Source of the DNA: an uncultured Alphaproteobacteria bacterium
Lineage (GTDB): Bacteria > Pseudomonadota > Alphaproteobacteria > Rhizobiales > Xanthobacteraceae
Assembly: GCA_963733645.1 (NCBI GenBank)
Contig: CAVTFP010000015.1
Location: 58,375 to 122,374, forward strand
DNA length: 64,000 nt
Reading direction: 5' to 3'
Positions 45,074-54,798 of the stretch are shown here, in pieces. Each line of letters opens with the position of its first letter. The stretch's first letter is position 1. The translations under genes and the position numbers were made by a program. The notes under the pieces were generated by a model. It searched no databases and was not told where the DNA came from. It saw nothing but the letters and a program-made list of their open reading frames with translations.

Positions 45074-46441
45074 TTAGCGGTTGGCAGTATGTGCGTTACC
45101 GTAGCTCAACCTCCACACGGCGCCGTTCCAGTCGTCGGAGATCAGGAGCGAACCGTCCTTCATCACCATCACGTCCACCGGACGGGCGACGTAATTGTTG
45201 TCAGGCTGGAGAAAACCGGTGACCACTGGCACGACCTCGCCGGCATTGCCGTCCTTCCTGATCTGCACCATCGCGATGTCGCCGCCGAACTTGTGGCTCT
45301 TATTCCACGAGCCGTGGCGCGCGACAAAGATGTTGTCGCGATACATCGCAGGGAACATGTGCCCGTTATAAAACTTCATGCCGAGCGCGGCGGCGTGCGG
45401 GCCCATGAATGCGATTGGCGGTACGTAGTCCTTGCAGTCGTGACCCCAGCCAAAGGTCGGATCCGGGATATTGCCCTGATGGCAATACGGTTCCCCGAAG
45501 TCCTCGCCGAGCTTGGTGATGCGATTGAGCTCGTCATTGGGCAGATCCTCCGACATCCAGTCGCGGCCGTTGTCGGTGAAGTAGAGCTCCTTGGTTGTCG
45601 GGCTCCAGTCGTAACCGACCGTGTTGCGGATGCCGTACGCAATAACCTCCATGCCGGTGCCGTCGAGATTAGCGCGGCGGAGTTGACCATGATCTTTGTC
45701 GTGCAACACGTTGTTGCCCGGCTGACCGACTTCAAAATAAAGCTTGTTGTCCGGACCGATGGCCAAATACTTCCAGCCGTGCGCTTCGTCCTTGGGCAGG
45801 TTGGGTATGATCACAGTCGGCTTCTGCGGCCCCTTGTCCAGGTTGGCGAGCACGTTGTCGATCTTGTCGATCTGATAGAGTTCGGCAATGTAGAGCGTGC
45901 CATTCTTGAAGACGACGCCGTTCGGCCTATAGAGGCCTTGGGCGACGATTTTTACTTCGCGGCTGCCGCCTTTATTGACGATCGCATACACCTTGTCCCG
46001 CACGCGGTTGCCAACGAATATCACCGAGCCATCGTCGTTCTGCGCGAGAGAGCGTGCGTCAGCTATGCCGCTGGCATAGACCTCGATTTTGAAGCCCTTC
46101 GGCGCCTTGAGCTTGTCGATCGGCAGCTTGTCCGAAGCGGTTGCGATCGGCGGAGCCGGCACCGGGGCGAGCTTCGAAGCCGCCTCATTGTTGGCGGGAC
46201 GATCGTAGAGCGGAGATCCCGGCGGCAACGCTGCCGCGGTCGGGGCAGCCGGCGCGGCCGCTGGTGCAGCGACAACTGGAGCTGATGCCGGTGCGGGCGT
46301 CGCGGCGGGCGCTGGTGCGGCAGCCGGAGCCTCTGCAGCGGGCGGTTGCGCCGGAGTGTTCTGCTGCTGGGCGATGGCGGTCGTGGCTAGAAGAGCTAAG
46401 GTTGCGGCAAGCAACGTGCCGCGTGGTGCGCGTCGAATCAT
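45074..46441 (-). CDS. Soluble PQQ-dependent glucose/sorbosone dehydrogenase-like beta-propeller protein with a long Pro/Ala-rich linker after the signal peptide
   Basis: Signal MIRRAPRGTLLAATLALLATTAIA, then ~70 aa of P/A-rich low complexity, then a propeller-like body (GFKIEVYASG..., PNGVVFKNGTLYIAE..., YGIRNTVGYDW...). Family call is from memory of GSDH-type proteins. Confidence 0.65.
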   Translation of the reverse strand: MIRRAPRGTLLAATLALLATTAIAQQQNTPAQPPAAEAPAAAPAPAATPAPASAPVVAAPAAAPAAPTAAALPPGSPLYDRPANNEAASKLAPVPAPPIATASDKLPIDKLKAPKGFKIEVYASGIADARSLAQNDDGSVIFVGNRVRDKVYAIVNKGGSREVKIVAQGLYRPNGVVFKNGTLYIAELYQIDKIDNVLANLDKGPQKPTVIIPNLPKDEAHGWKYLAIGPDNKLYFEVGQPGNNVLHDKDHGQLRRANLDGTGMEVIAYGIRNTVGYDWSPTTKELYFTDNGRDWMSEDLPNDELNRITKLGEDFGEPYCHQGNIPDPTFGWGHDCKDYVPPIAFMGPHAAALGMKFYNGHMFPAMYRDNIFVARHGSWNKSHKFGGDIAMVQIRKDGNAGEVVPVVTGFLQPDNNYVARPVDVMVMKDGSLLISDDWNGAVWRLSYGNAHTANR

Positions 46442-46778
46442 AACGTTCCTCCCAGGTGCGGAAGTCCGGTCCCGCCGGCTTCCTTGCCTCCAGTCTCCGA
46501 TATTTCGACCCCTGCGTGCAATCGGGTACCGTACAGCCGCTTGGGCACAGGCAGGGACTCCTGCCGATGTAGGACTGTGTCCAGCGGTTGGGCTGGCCCA
46601 TAGTCGGTTTGGGCCGAATTGCCTTGAGGAAACAGCTAACAGGTCAGATTGCCACGCCGCCTAGCACTCTCTTTCCTCGGCCGCCAAAGAAGGGCATCCT
46701 GTGGCAGACACTCTCGCGTCGGTCGTACCCGAAGGCCGGCGAGTGCGGCAAATAGAGAAACGAATTCTGGAGGATCCC

Positions 46779-48059
46779 ATGAGTCATCGCATATCGCGGC
46801 GCGACGTGAATGCTGGTATCGGCGCCGCCCTGATTTTACCCGCAATCGCCACCACTCGTGCTCTCGCGCAGGGCGGTGGCGAGCCGATCAAAATCGGCTT
46901 CGGCATGGCTTTGACCGGCCCGCTCGCGGCGAACGGCCAACAGGCACTCCTCGGCGCCACAATTTGGTCGGAGGAAATCAACGCCAAGGGCGGTCTGCTC
47001 GGCCGCCAGGTCCAACTCATCCACTATGACGACCAGTCCAATCCGTCGAATGTGCCCGGCATCTACACGAAGCTGCTCGATGTCGACAAAGCCGACCTCG
47101 TCGTCAGCGGCTACGCTACAAACATGGTTGCCCCGGCCATTCCGATCGTCATGCAAAAGGGCAAGGTTTTCATCAGCCTGTTCGCGCTCGATGCGAACGC
47201 CGAATTCAAGTATCCGAAATACTTCGCGATGATACCGACCGGCGGTCCGAACCCGAAGCAGACCATCACCGAGGGCTTTTTCCAGGTGGCGGCCGCGCAA
47301 AATCCGAAGCCGAAAACGGTCGCGATTGCGGCCGAGGACGCCGAGTTCTCGCGCAACGCCGCCGAAGGTGTGCGGGCCAACGCAAAGCAATACGGCTTCC
47401 AAGTCATCTACGACAAAACCTACCCGCCGAACACGACCGACTTTTCGCCGATCGTCCGCTCCATCCAGGCCGCTAATGCCGATCTTGTGCTGATCTGTTC
47501 CTATCCGCTGAGTTCGGTCGGTATGACGCTTTCAGCCAACGAACTCGGCCTGAAGCCGAAAATGATGGGCGGTGCGATGGTGGGTCTGCAAGCCACTGTT
47601 TTCAAGAACAAGCTCAAGGGCAAGCTCAATGGCATCGTCAACTATGATAACTGGGTGCCATCGGAGAAGATGATGGCGCCGGCGGCCGACTTCTTCAAAA
47701 AATATCAGGCACGCGCGCCGGGCCTCGGCATCGATCCGCTCGGCTATTATCTCGGCGGCTGGGGCTATGCCTATTTCCAGGTCCTGCAACAGGCAGTTGA
47801 GGGCGCAAAGAGCATCAACGACGACAAGGTCGCCGATTTCCTGCGCAACAACGCCTTCAACACGATCATGGGGAACGGCATCAGGTTCGGCAAGAACGGC
47901 GAGTGGGTCAAATCCCATCAGCTCCAGGTGCAGTATCACGGCATTACCGATGCCGCGGACCTCGATACTTGGCGCGGCATGAGCTACCAGACGGTCGTTG
48001 CGCCGGCCGACGAGGTGACCGGCAGCGTGATCTATCCCTATGAGAAGGCGCTGGGGTAG
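46779..48059 (+). CDS. ABC transporter substrate-binding protein (LivK/branched-chain amino acid-type, type 1 periplasmic binding fold)
   Basis: MSHRISRRDVNAGIGAALILPAIATTRALA signal. IKIGFGMALTGPLAANG is typical of the family. RBS GGAGGA. Confidence 0.8.
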   Translation: MSHRISRRDVNAGIGAALILPAIATTRALAQGGGEPIKIGFGMALTGPLAANGQQALLGATIWSEEINAKGGLLGRQVQLIHYDDQSNPSNVPGIYTKLLDVDKADLVVSGYATNMVAPAIPIVMQKGKVFISLFALDANAEFKYPKYFAMIPTGGPNPKQTITEGFFQVAAAQNPKPKTVAIAAEDAEFSRNAAEGVRANAKQYGFQVIYDKTYPPNTTDFSPIVRSIQAANADLVLICSYPLSSVGMTLSANELGLKPKMMGGAMVGLQATVFKNKLKGKLNGIVNYDNWVPSEKMMAPAADFFKKYQARAPGLGIDPLGYYLGGWGYAYFQVLQQAVEGAKSINDDKVADFLRNNAFNTIMGNGIRFGKNGEWVKSHQLQVQYHGITDAADLDTWRGMSYQTVVAPADEVTGSVIYPYEKALG

Positions 48060-48101
48060 CTCCACCTCGCCGGCTTGCCGGGGAGGAAATCGAGTATTCG
48101 G

Positions 48102-49127
48102 ATGCTGTTTCCCACTTCCTTGGTCGGTTCCTATCCGCAACCGGATTGGCTGATCGACCGGGACAAATTGTCGAAGCAAGTTCCGCGCGTGCGCGCCGAT
48201 GACCTATGGCTCGTCGCGCGGGACAAGCTTGACGCCGCTCAAGACGACGCCACGATCCTCGCCATCCGCGATCAGGAACGCGCCGGACTCGATATCATTA
48301 CCGACGGCGAACAGCGGCGCGAAAGCTATTCCAATCGCTTTGCGACCGCGCTCGACGGCATCGATATCGCAAACCCCGGCACTACGATCAATCGCAGCGG
48401 CCGGCCGATCCCGGTGCCACGCGTGGTCGGCCCGATCCGGCGCAGACGACCTGTCGAGCTTCGCGATCTGAAAATGCTGCGCGCGAATACCGAGCGGGCC
48501 ATCAAGGCGACGGTTCCCGGCCCGTTCACAATGGGCAAACAAGCACAGGACGACTACTACAAGGACGAGGAGGCCGTCGCACTGGCCTACGCCGACGCCG
48601 TCAATGCCGAGATCAAGGATCTGTTTGCGGCCGGCGCCGACGTGGTGCAGATCGACGAACCGTGGATGCAGCAGCATCCCGACAAAGCGCGGCAATACGG
48701 CCTCAAGGCACTCGACCGCGCACTCGACGGCGTAACCGGAACGGTCGCGGTGCATTTGTGCTTCGGCTATGCCGCGGTCGTGCACGACAAGCCGTCGGGC
48801 TATTCGTTCCTGCCGGAACTCGATAGTTCCAAAGCGCAGCAGATCTCGATCGAGGCCGCGCAGCCCAAGCTCGATCTCGCGGTATTGCGGGAATTGCCAT
48901 CGAAAACCATTATCTTGGGAGTCATCGACTTGGCGGACATGACCATCGAGACGCCGCAGATTGTCGCCGACCGCATCCGGCGGGCACTCGCCCATGTACC
49001 GGCAAATCGGGTGGTGGTGGCGCCGGATTGCGGTATGAAATATCTGCCGCGCGCCATCGCTTTTGCTAAGATGAAAGCCATGGCCGACGGCGCGGCGCTG
49101 GTGCGGCGCGAGCTTGCTGGCAACTGA
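48102..49127 (+). CDS. Cobalamin-independent methionine synthase (MetE C-terminal domain)-like methyltransferase family protein
   Basis: LVGSYPQPDWL, ITDGEQRRESY, VQIDEPW, VHLCFGY, APDCGM (Zn-ligand-like His/Cys). 341 aa. Confidence 0.75.
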   Translation: MLFPTSLVGSYPQPDWLIDRDKLSKQVPRVRADDLWLVARDKLDAAQDDATILAIRDQERAGLDIITDGEQRRESYSNRFATALDGIDIANPGTTINRSGRPIPVPRVVGPIRRRRPVELRDLKMLRANTERAIKATVPGPFTMGKQAQDDYYKDEEAVALAYADAVNAEIKDLFAAGADVVQIDEPWMQQHPDKARQYGLKALDRALDGVTGTVAVHLCFGYAAVVHDKPSGYSFLPELDSSKAQQISIEAAQPKLDLAVLRELPSKTIILGVIDLADMTIETPQIVADRIRRALAHVPANRVVVAPDCGMKYLPRAIAFAKMKAMADGAALVRRELAGN

Positions 49128-49151
49128 GATTACGAATTTAGGGAGACGGCG

Positions 49152-50033
49152 ATGCCTTACGTAACGGAAGAAACCTTGACCGATGTCGTGCGCGAGCGGT
49201 GGAGCGACATTCCCGACCCGCGGTTGAAGCAAGTAATGGGTGCGCTGGTGAAGCACGTCCATGCCTTCGTGCGCGAGATCGAACCGACCCAGGCGGAATG
49301 GTTTAAGGCGATCGACTTTCTCACTCGCACCGGACAGATGTGCGACGACAAGCGCCAGGAATTCATCCTGATGTCGGATGTTCTTGGCGTCAGCATGCTG
49401 GTCGACGCGATCAATCACCGGCATTCGAGCGGCGCGACACCGAGCACGGTCGAAGGCCCATTCCACGTTCCCGATGCGCCGCCAGTCGCCAATGGCGGCA
49501 ACATGGCGGTGAACGCGCCCGGCATTCCCTGCTTCGTCAGCGGCATAGTGCGGGGCGTTAAGGGCGAGCCCGTTCACGGTGCCGCGCTCGACCTGTGGCA
49601 GACCGACGGCGACGGTCTCTACGAAGCGCAACGTCCGGAAATCGAAGGCCCATGGATGCGTGGCATCTACAAGTCGCAACCCGATGGCTCCTATCTGATC
49701 CGCACCGTGGCGCCGGTCGCCTACACAATCCCGATGGACGGTACGATCGGCGAACTGATGAACCGCACCAATCTAAGCCACATGCGGCCGGCGCATATAC
49801 ATTTCGCGCTCAGCGCGCCCGGCTACCACGGCCTGACGACGCATCTGTTCCAGTCCGGCGACAAATGGATCGAGCACGATGCGGTCTATGGCGTAAAGGC
49901 CCCGCTGATCGTCGACTTCAAGAAAATGCCGGCGGGCAGCAAGGCACCAAGCGGCGAGCTGATGAACGAGCCGTTCTACGTCGTGCATTACGACTTCGTG
50001 CTGGCGCAGCAGGCACAAGCCGTCGCGGCGTGA
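49152..50033 (+). CDS. Intradiol ring-cleavage dioxygenase (hydroxyquinol/catechol 1,2-dioxygenase family)
   Basis: GPFHVPDAP..., DLWQTDGDGLYE..., RPAHIHFAL iron-ligand region. Confidence 0.85.
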   Translation: MPYVTEETLTDVVRERWSDIPDPRLKQVMGALVKHVHAFVREIEPTQAEWFKAIDFLTRTGQMCDDKRQEFILMSDVLGVSMLVDAINHRHSSGATPSTVEGPFHVPDAPPVANGGNMAVNAPGIPCFVSGIVRGVKGEPVHGAALDLWQTDGDGLYEAQRPEIEGPWMRGIYKSQPDGSYLIRTVAPVAYTIPMDGTIGELMNRTNLSHMRPAHIHFALSAPGYHGLTTHLFQSGDKWIEHDAVYGVKAPLIVDFKKMPAGSKAPSGELMNEPFYVVHYDFVLAQQAQAVAA

Positions 50034-50935
50034 CGGTACGCCGCCGCGCGGAGCGCAAATCTGCCGTGCTTGAGCCGGTCAGCTTCCCGTCAGACGGTCT
50101 GAAGCTGGCCGGCGTCGTGCATCGACCGGACGGTCTCAGGTCGGGCGAGCGGCGTCCGGCCGTCATCATGATGCACGGCTTCGGCGGCACCAAGGCGATC
50201 GGGCCGGAATGGGTTTGCCGGCAATGCGCCGACTGGGGCTATGTCGCGCTGCGCTTCGAATTTCGCGGCTGCGGCGACAGCGAAGGCGAGCGGGGGCGGA
50301 TCATTCCGCTGGAGGAAGCGGCCGACGCTGTGAATGCCGTCACCTACATGGCGTCACGCGGCGACGTGAACCCGAATGCCATCGCGCTCTGTGGCTCAAG
50401 TCTTGGCGGCGGCGTTGCCGTTCAGGCAGCGGCCAACGACCTGCGCATTGCGGCGGTGATTGTCGAGAATGGCGTTGCCAACGGCGAGCGCATGATCCGC
50501 GCCATGCACACGCCGGAATCCTGGCAAAAATTCCTCGGCCTTCTCGACGAGGGCGTTCGTTACCGCGAGCGCACCGGCAAATCGATGATGATCCATCGCT
50601 TCGATATTTTCGAAATGCCGAAGGCCTTGCAGATCAACCTGACGTCGCAGAATGCGTTGATGGAGTTCACCGCCGACACCGCGCTCGGCTTTTTCATGTT
50701 CCGCCCGGAAGAAGTCATCGCCCGGATCAGTCCGCGGCCGATACTGCTCCTGCACAGCGTGCGCGATACGGTCACGAACTACGACGAGGCCTTCAGTTTT
50801 GTCCGCATGGCAAAGCCGCCGGTGGAGTTGCATCTGCTCGATGGCACCGACCATTTCATGTTCGTCAATGCCGACCCACGCGTCGCGTCGACGTTGAAAA
50901 GCTGGCTCGACCAGTTCTTTCCCACGAAAGCCTAG
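50030..50935 (+). CDS. Alpha/beta-fold hydrolase
   Basis: GTG start overlapping the dioxygenase stop (GTGA at 50030-50033). HGFGG oxyanion-like motif and nucleophile elbow CGSSLGG. Confidence 0.75.
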   Translation: MTVRRRAERKSAVLEPVSFPSDGLKLAGVVHRPDGLRSGERRPAVIMMHGFGGTKAIGPEWVCRQCADWGYVALRFEFRGCGDSEGERGRIIPLEEAADAVNAVTYMASRGDVNPNAIALCGSSLGGGVAVQAAANDLRIAAVIVENGVANGERMIRAMHTPESWQKFLGLLDEGVRYRERTGKSMMIHRFDIFEMPKALQINLTSQNALMEFTADTALGFFMFRPEEVIARISPRPILLLHSVRDTVTNYDEAFSFVRMAKPPVELHLLDGTDHFMFVNADPRVASTLKSWLDQFFPTKA

Positions 50936-51843
50936 CTTCGCTCCAGCGCCTTGCGGTCCCATTTCGCCAGATCGGCGGCTGCCGCGTAGGTTTCCTGCAA
51001 AAATCGGAGTAGCAGCGCATCGGGATCCGATGCCTGACGAACTGCGTCGTACGGCAGAATGAATTGGCTCAGATCCTTGTTGTACGCCGCGCCCGGCGTT
51101 TGCAGCCGAGTGTCGCCGTAGCCGACAGGCTCCGGATAGGCATAAACGTAGAAGGCCGGGTAACCGAAGCCGCCATTGCCTGGCCAGAAGCCGCAGCTTG
51201 AAACTTCGTGCGAGTAGGCTTCCGCCATGACCCAGGCGGCGACATTCGGCGTGACCCCCTTGGGCGGCGGCGCGGTCCGGCCGGAAAAGCGCGTCACCGC
51301 GAGGTCGAAACTGCCCCAGAAGAAATGCACCGGGCTAACCTTGCCGATGAAGCGGGCGCGGAATTTATTCATCACCCGATTGGCTTGCACCAGCGCCCGC
51401 CAAAATTTCTGCGCATAGATCGGATCATACTCCGCGTGCGCGCGGTCCTGATCGAACGGAATCGCGTTCTCGATCTCGCACGGCATGGTCCAGATGTGCA
51501 CGTCGATGCCGAGGACGTGCAATCGCTGCATGAACTCGGCGTAGAAATCGGCGACAGCCATCGGTTTGAGCGCAAAACTCTCGATCCGGCAGTCGCTGGT
51601 CTCGATGACCAGCCGATGATTGGCAAAGTCGAAAATGACATCGAATGTGCCGCCGGCATAAGGCATGGCCGGTGCGGCCAAGCCGCGGGCGGTCACAAGG
51701 AATGTTGAGTTCCACCAATGATTGATGAGGGGCGTGACGGCGATGCGTACCTTGCCGACGATCTGCGTCCACAAATGCAACGTGTCGCAAGTGTCGCTCC
51801 AGGCGACGAGCGGTAGCTCCGGCCATAGCGGATTTTCGCTCAT
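50932..51843 (-). CDS. Conserved hypothetical protein (DUF5996-like)
   Basis: MSENPLWPELPLVAWSDTCDTLHLWTQIVGKVRIA... matches my recollection of DUF5996. Not verifiable here. Confidence 0.5.
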   Translation of the reverse strand: MSENPLWPELPLVAWSDTCDTLHLWTQIVGKVRIAVTPLINHWWNSTFLVTARGLAAPAMPYAGGTFDVIFDFANHRLVIETSDCRIESFALKPMAVADFYAEFMQRLHVLGIDVHIWTMPCEIENAIPFDQDRAHAEYDPIYAQKFWRALVQANRVMNKFRARFIGKVSPVHFFWGSFDLAVTRFSGRTAPPPKGVTPNVAAWVMAEAYSHEVSSCGFWPGNGGFGYPAFYVYAYPEPVGYGDTRLQTPGAAYNKDLSQFILPYDAVRQASDPDALLLRFLQETYAAAADLAKWDRKALERS

Positions 51844-51902
51844 GGCCTAATAATCCGCGATGCCGTCGTTTTCATCTTGGCCTTGTCTCACGCAGTCGCA
51901 AA

Positions 51903-53483
51903 ATGCTTATAATGCTGAGGAATTCGACCTCACCCACTTCTATCATGCAAGAAGACGCCGGCTCAAATCTGTTGCAGAACTGGATCGCGCGCGCCGCGCT
52001 CGCCACTCCGGGCAAGTCGTGGGTGGTGTCGGCCGATGATGACCGTACCGTCAGCTATGGTGAGTTGCACGAGACGGTTGGCCGTTTCGGCAGCGTGTTG
52101 CGCGAACGCGGCATCGGTCCGAACGACCGCGTTGCGCTACTCGCCAACAACTCGATCGAGCAATTGCTGTGCTATTTCGGCGTGATGGCAAGCGGCGCGA
52201 CCGTCTGCACCATCCATGTCGAGATGAATCGCAACCACCTCGGAAATATCTTTACGCGGCTCGAGCCCAAGCTGATCCTCTATCAGGACGGCTTGCAGCT
52301 GGACGATCTTCTTGCCGAGACCCCTGCGCCGCGCATTCGCATCGGGCGATACGGTCAATTCGAGCCCGATACATTGTTCGCCGAACTCTCGCGGGTCTCG
52401 CCGCGCCAGCATCCGGACGTGGCCGGGCCGGAGGATGACGCGATTATTCTGTTCACATCCGGCACCAGCGCCAAGCCCAAGGGCGTCATTTTGAACTACC
52501 GCGAGTACTTATTGAATATTGATCCGCTCGCGGAAGGTTTTGGTATCACCGCCAACGATCGACTTTATGACTTCCGCCCCTTCAGTTGGAACTCGGCACA
52601 GACGTTAGGCGCTCTCGCTGTCGTTAACCGCGGCGCAACTCTGATTTTGTCGGCAAAATTCTCGGCAAGCCGTTTCTTCCATCTTGTGCGCGAACACGGT
52701 GTGACGATCGCCACCGGCAACCCGACCACGATCAACATTCTGCTCAACAGCGATCAGAGTGCACATCGCGACAATCTGCCGAACCTGCGTTTTATTACCT
52801 CGAGTTCGGCGCCGCTGCTGCTCGAAGAATGGAAACGGTTCGAGCAGAAGTTCGGCATTCCGGTTGCCCAGGGTTGCGGCGCCAGCGAAGCGAGCTGGAT
52901 AGCCGCTATTCCGGGCGAACAGCGTCGTCACGGCACGGTCGGACGGCCGCTGCGATATCACGATCTGGCCATCGTCGATGCCGAAGGCAGGCGCTTGCCC
53001 GCCGGTGAAACCGGTTATGTCGAACTCGGCGGACTCGGCGATCACCCGTTCCGCTATCTCGGCGACGACGGCGAGGTGCAGGTCCACAGCCGGGGCCGCT
53101 TCCGCACCGGCGATCTCGGCAGTCTCGACGCCGACGGCTTTTTGATGCTCACCGGTCGCGAGAAGGAGCAGATCATTCGTGGCGGGGCCAAAATCTCGCC
53201 GGTCGAGATCGATTCATATTTGATGCAACGCCCCGATGTCATCGAGGCTGCCACCGTCGGCGTTCCGGACGCGATTTACGGCGAGGAGGTGGTGAGCTAC
53301 GTCGTGCCACGGCCAGGCGCGAAGGTCGATGCCGACGATCTGCTGCGCTACTGCGCGACGGTGCTGCCGGCCTTCAAGGCGCCGAAGCAAATCGTGATCA
53401 GCGCATCGCTGCCGAAGACCGAGCGCGGCAAACTTGACCGCCGTGCGCTCGCGGAACGGTGGCGGAAGGAAGCCGGTGGATAA
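51903..53483 (+). CDS. Acyl-CoA synthetase / AMP-dependent ligase (class I adenylate-forming enzyme)
   Basis: AMP-binding motif LFTSGTSAKPKGV, plus RTGDLG and GKLDRRAL motifs. Start uncertain (51903, 51912 or 51945). Confidence 0.85.
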   Translation: MLIMLRNSTSPTSIMQEDAGSNLLQNWIARAALATPGKSWVVSADDDRTVSYGELHETVGRFGSVLRERGIGPNDRVALLANNSIEQLLCYFGVMASGATVCTIHVEMNRNHLGNIFTRLEPKLILYQDGLQLDDLLAETPAPRIRIGRYGQFEPDTLFAELSRVSPRQHPDVAGPEDDAIILFTSGTSAKPKGVILNYREYLLNIDPLAEGFGITANDRLYDFRPFSWNSAQTLGALAVVNRGATLILSAKFSASRFFHLVREHGVTIATGNPTTINILLNSDQSAHRDNLPNLRFITSSSAPLLLEEWKRFEQKFGIPVAQGCGASEASWIAAIPGEQRRHGTVGRPLRYHDLAIVDAEGRRLPAGETGYVELGGLGDHPFRYLGDDGEVQVHSRGRFRTGDLGSLDADGFLMLTGREKEQIIRGGAKISPVEIDSYLMQRPDVIEAATVGVPDAIYGEEVVSYVVPRPGAKVDADDLLRYCATVLPAFKAPKQIVISASLPKTERGKLDRRALAERWRKEAGG

Positions 53484-53571
53484 CATTCGCGGCTTGAAAA
53501 TCCTGCGAGTCCTGTCAGTAATTGACGTGCGTAATTTGTAGAATTAGCGCCATTCAATCGAGGGGCATTCC

Positions 53572-53784
53572 ATGGCCAAGGCAAAGCGCGGCCTCGACGG
53601 CCGTCACCGCGACAAGAGCGGCAAGATCGAAAAGAAGCACGGCAATACCAAGGTGGCCGCGCTCCGCAAGGAATACGGTCCAGGCTTCGCCAAAGGCCAC
53701 CGTAAGGACATGATGCTCAAGACGCTGCTCAAGAGAACCGGCTCGGCGTCGTTGCATGAATATCTGCGGCATCATCACAGATAA
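53572..53784 (+). CDS. Small basic hypothetical protein (70 aa)
   Basis: RBS GAGGGG 8 nt upstream. Lys/Arg/His-rich sequence with no recognised family. Confidence 0.4.
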   Translation: MAKAKRGLDGRHRDKSGKIEKKHGNTKVAALRKEYGPGFAKGHRKDMMLKTLLKRTGSASLHEYLRHHHR

Positions 53785-53804
53785 CGCCATCGGTCTTTCG
53801 ACCA

Positions 53805-54794
53805 TCAATCGGCCGACCGCGGCGGCGTGAGCAACGGCGCCCATTTGTCGATCTCCGACCGCAAGAATGCGGCGGCGCCTGTCGGCGTCGTTAGCTTGGT
53901 CGGCGGGATTTCCTGGCCCACAGCCACCGACCGGCGTTGAAAATCCGGATCGCTGAGCGTCGCCTGAAGCGCTCCACTGAGGCGATCGATGGCGGGCTGC
54001 GGCGTGCCCTTCGGCGCGTATAGTCCGCTCCAGACCTCAATCGCCACATTCGGCAATCCTTGCTCCGCCAAGGTCGGCAGATCCGGCACAAGTTGTGACC
54101 GGGTGTCGCCGACGATGCCGTAAGCCTTCACGTTGCCGGCCTTGGCCTGCACGGATGCGGTGATCACGGCATCGCAAACAAGGTCGGCGCGACCTGCCGC
54201 AACGTCGATCATGGCGGGCCCCGTGCCCTGATAGGGAATGAGATTGAAGCGCGTGTGAAGCTGTTTCATCAGCAAAGACTCGCAGAGAAAGGACGGGCCA
54301 CCTGGTCCCGTGTTTGCTGCGGCAACTTTCTCGCCATTGCTTTTCAGGTATGCGATGAAATCGCCAAAGGGTACGTTGGCGAAGCTCGGCCGCGCCACGA
54401 GCATAGTCGATGAGAACACGGCAATGCCGATGCTGACAAAATCCTTGACTGGATCGTAAGCAAGGTTCGTGTACAGCGCGGGACTGACGGCCATCGAGAT
54501 ATTGGTGAACAGCACAGTGTATCCATCCGGTGCTGACTGCGCCGCGCGTTCCGCACCGACATTGCCGCCGGCTCCGCCGAAATTCTCGACGATGACCGGC
54601 TGTCCGAGCCGCCGCGACAAAGCGTCCGCCAGAGTGCGGCCAGTCACGTCCGTAGGGCCGCCCGCAGCGAACGGCACGATTATCTTGATTGGGCGTGCGG
54701 GATAACTCTGCGCCAGCGCCGCATCGCGCAAGAGTGCAAACGCAACCAGTGTCGCAGCCAGGCGCAGAATGAAGCGAGGGGTGCAGGTTTGCAT
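53805..54794 (-). CDS. Bug-family (TctC-like) tripartite tricarboxylate transporter substrate-binding protein
   Basis: Signal peptide, then YPARPIKIIVPFAAGGPTDV... is typical of the Bug family. No TctA/TctB genes adjacent. Confidence 0.85.
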   Translation of the reverse strand: MQTCTPRFILRLAATLVAFALLRDAALAQSYPARPIKIIVPFAAGGPTDVTGRTLADALSRRLGQPVIVENFGGAGGNVGAERAAQSAPDGYTVLFTNISMAVSPALYTNLAYDPVKDFVSIGIAVFSSTMLVARPSFANVPFGDFIAYLKSNGEKVAAANTGPGGPSFLCESLLMKQLHTRFNLIPYQGTGPAMIDVAAGRADLVCDAVITASVQAKAGNVKAYGIVGDTRSQLVPDLPTLAEQGLPNVAIEVWSGLYAPKGTPQPAIDRLSGALQATLSDPDFQRRSVAVGQEIPPTKLTTPTGAAAFLRSEIDKWAPLLTPPRSAD

Positions 54795-54798
54795 GGCG

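Noticed and set aside
46442-46778. 337-bp intergenic region upstream of the binding-protein/MetE-like operon examined for a cobalamin or SAM riboswitch
   Set aside because: I could not find a B12-box-like (GCCACTG-type) core or a SAM-II-like motif by eye. Only a short hairpin (ggcagg gact cctgcc) is present. A covariance-model search such as Rfam cmscan would be needed to be sure.
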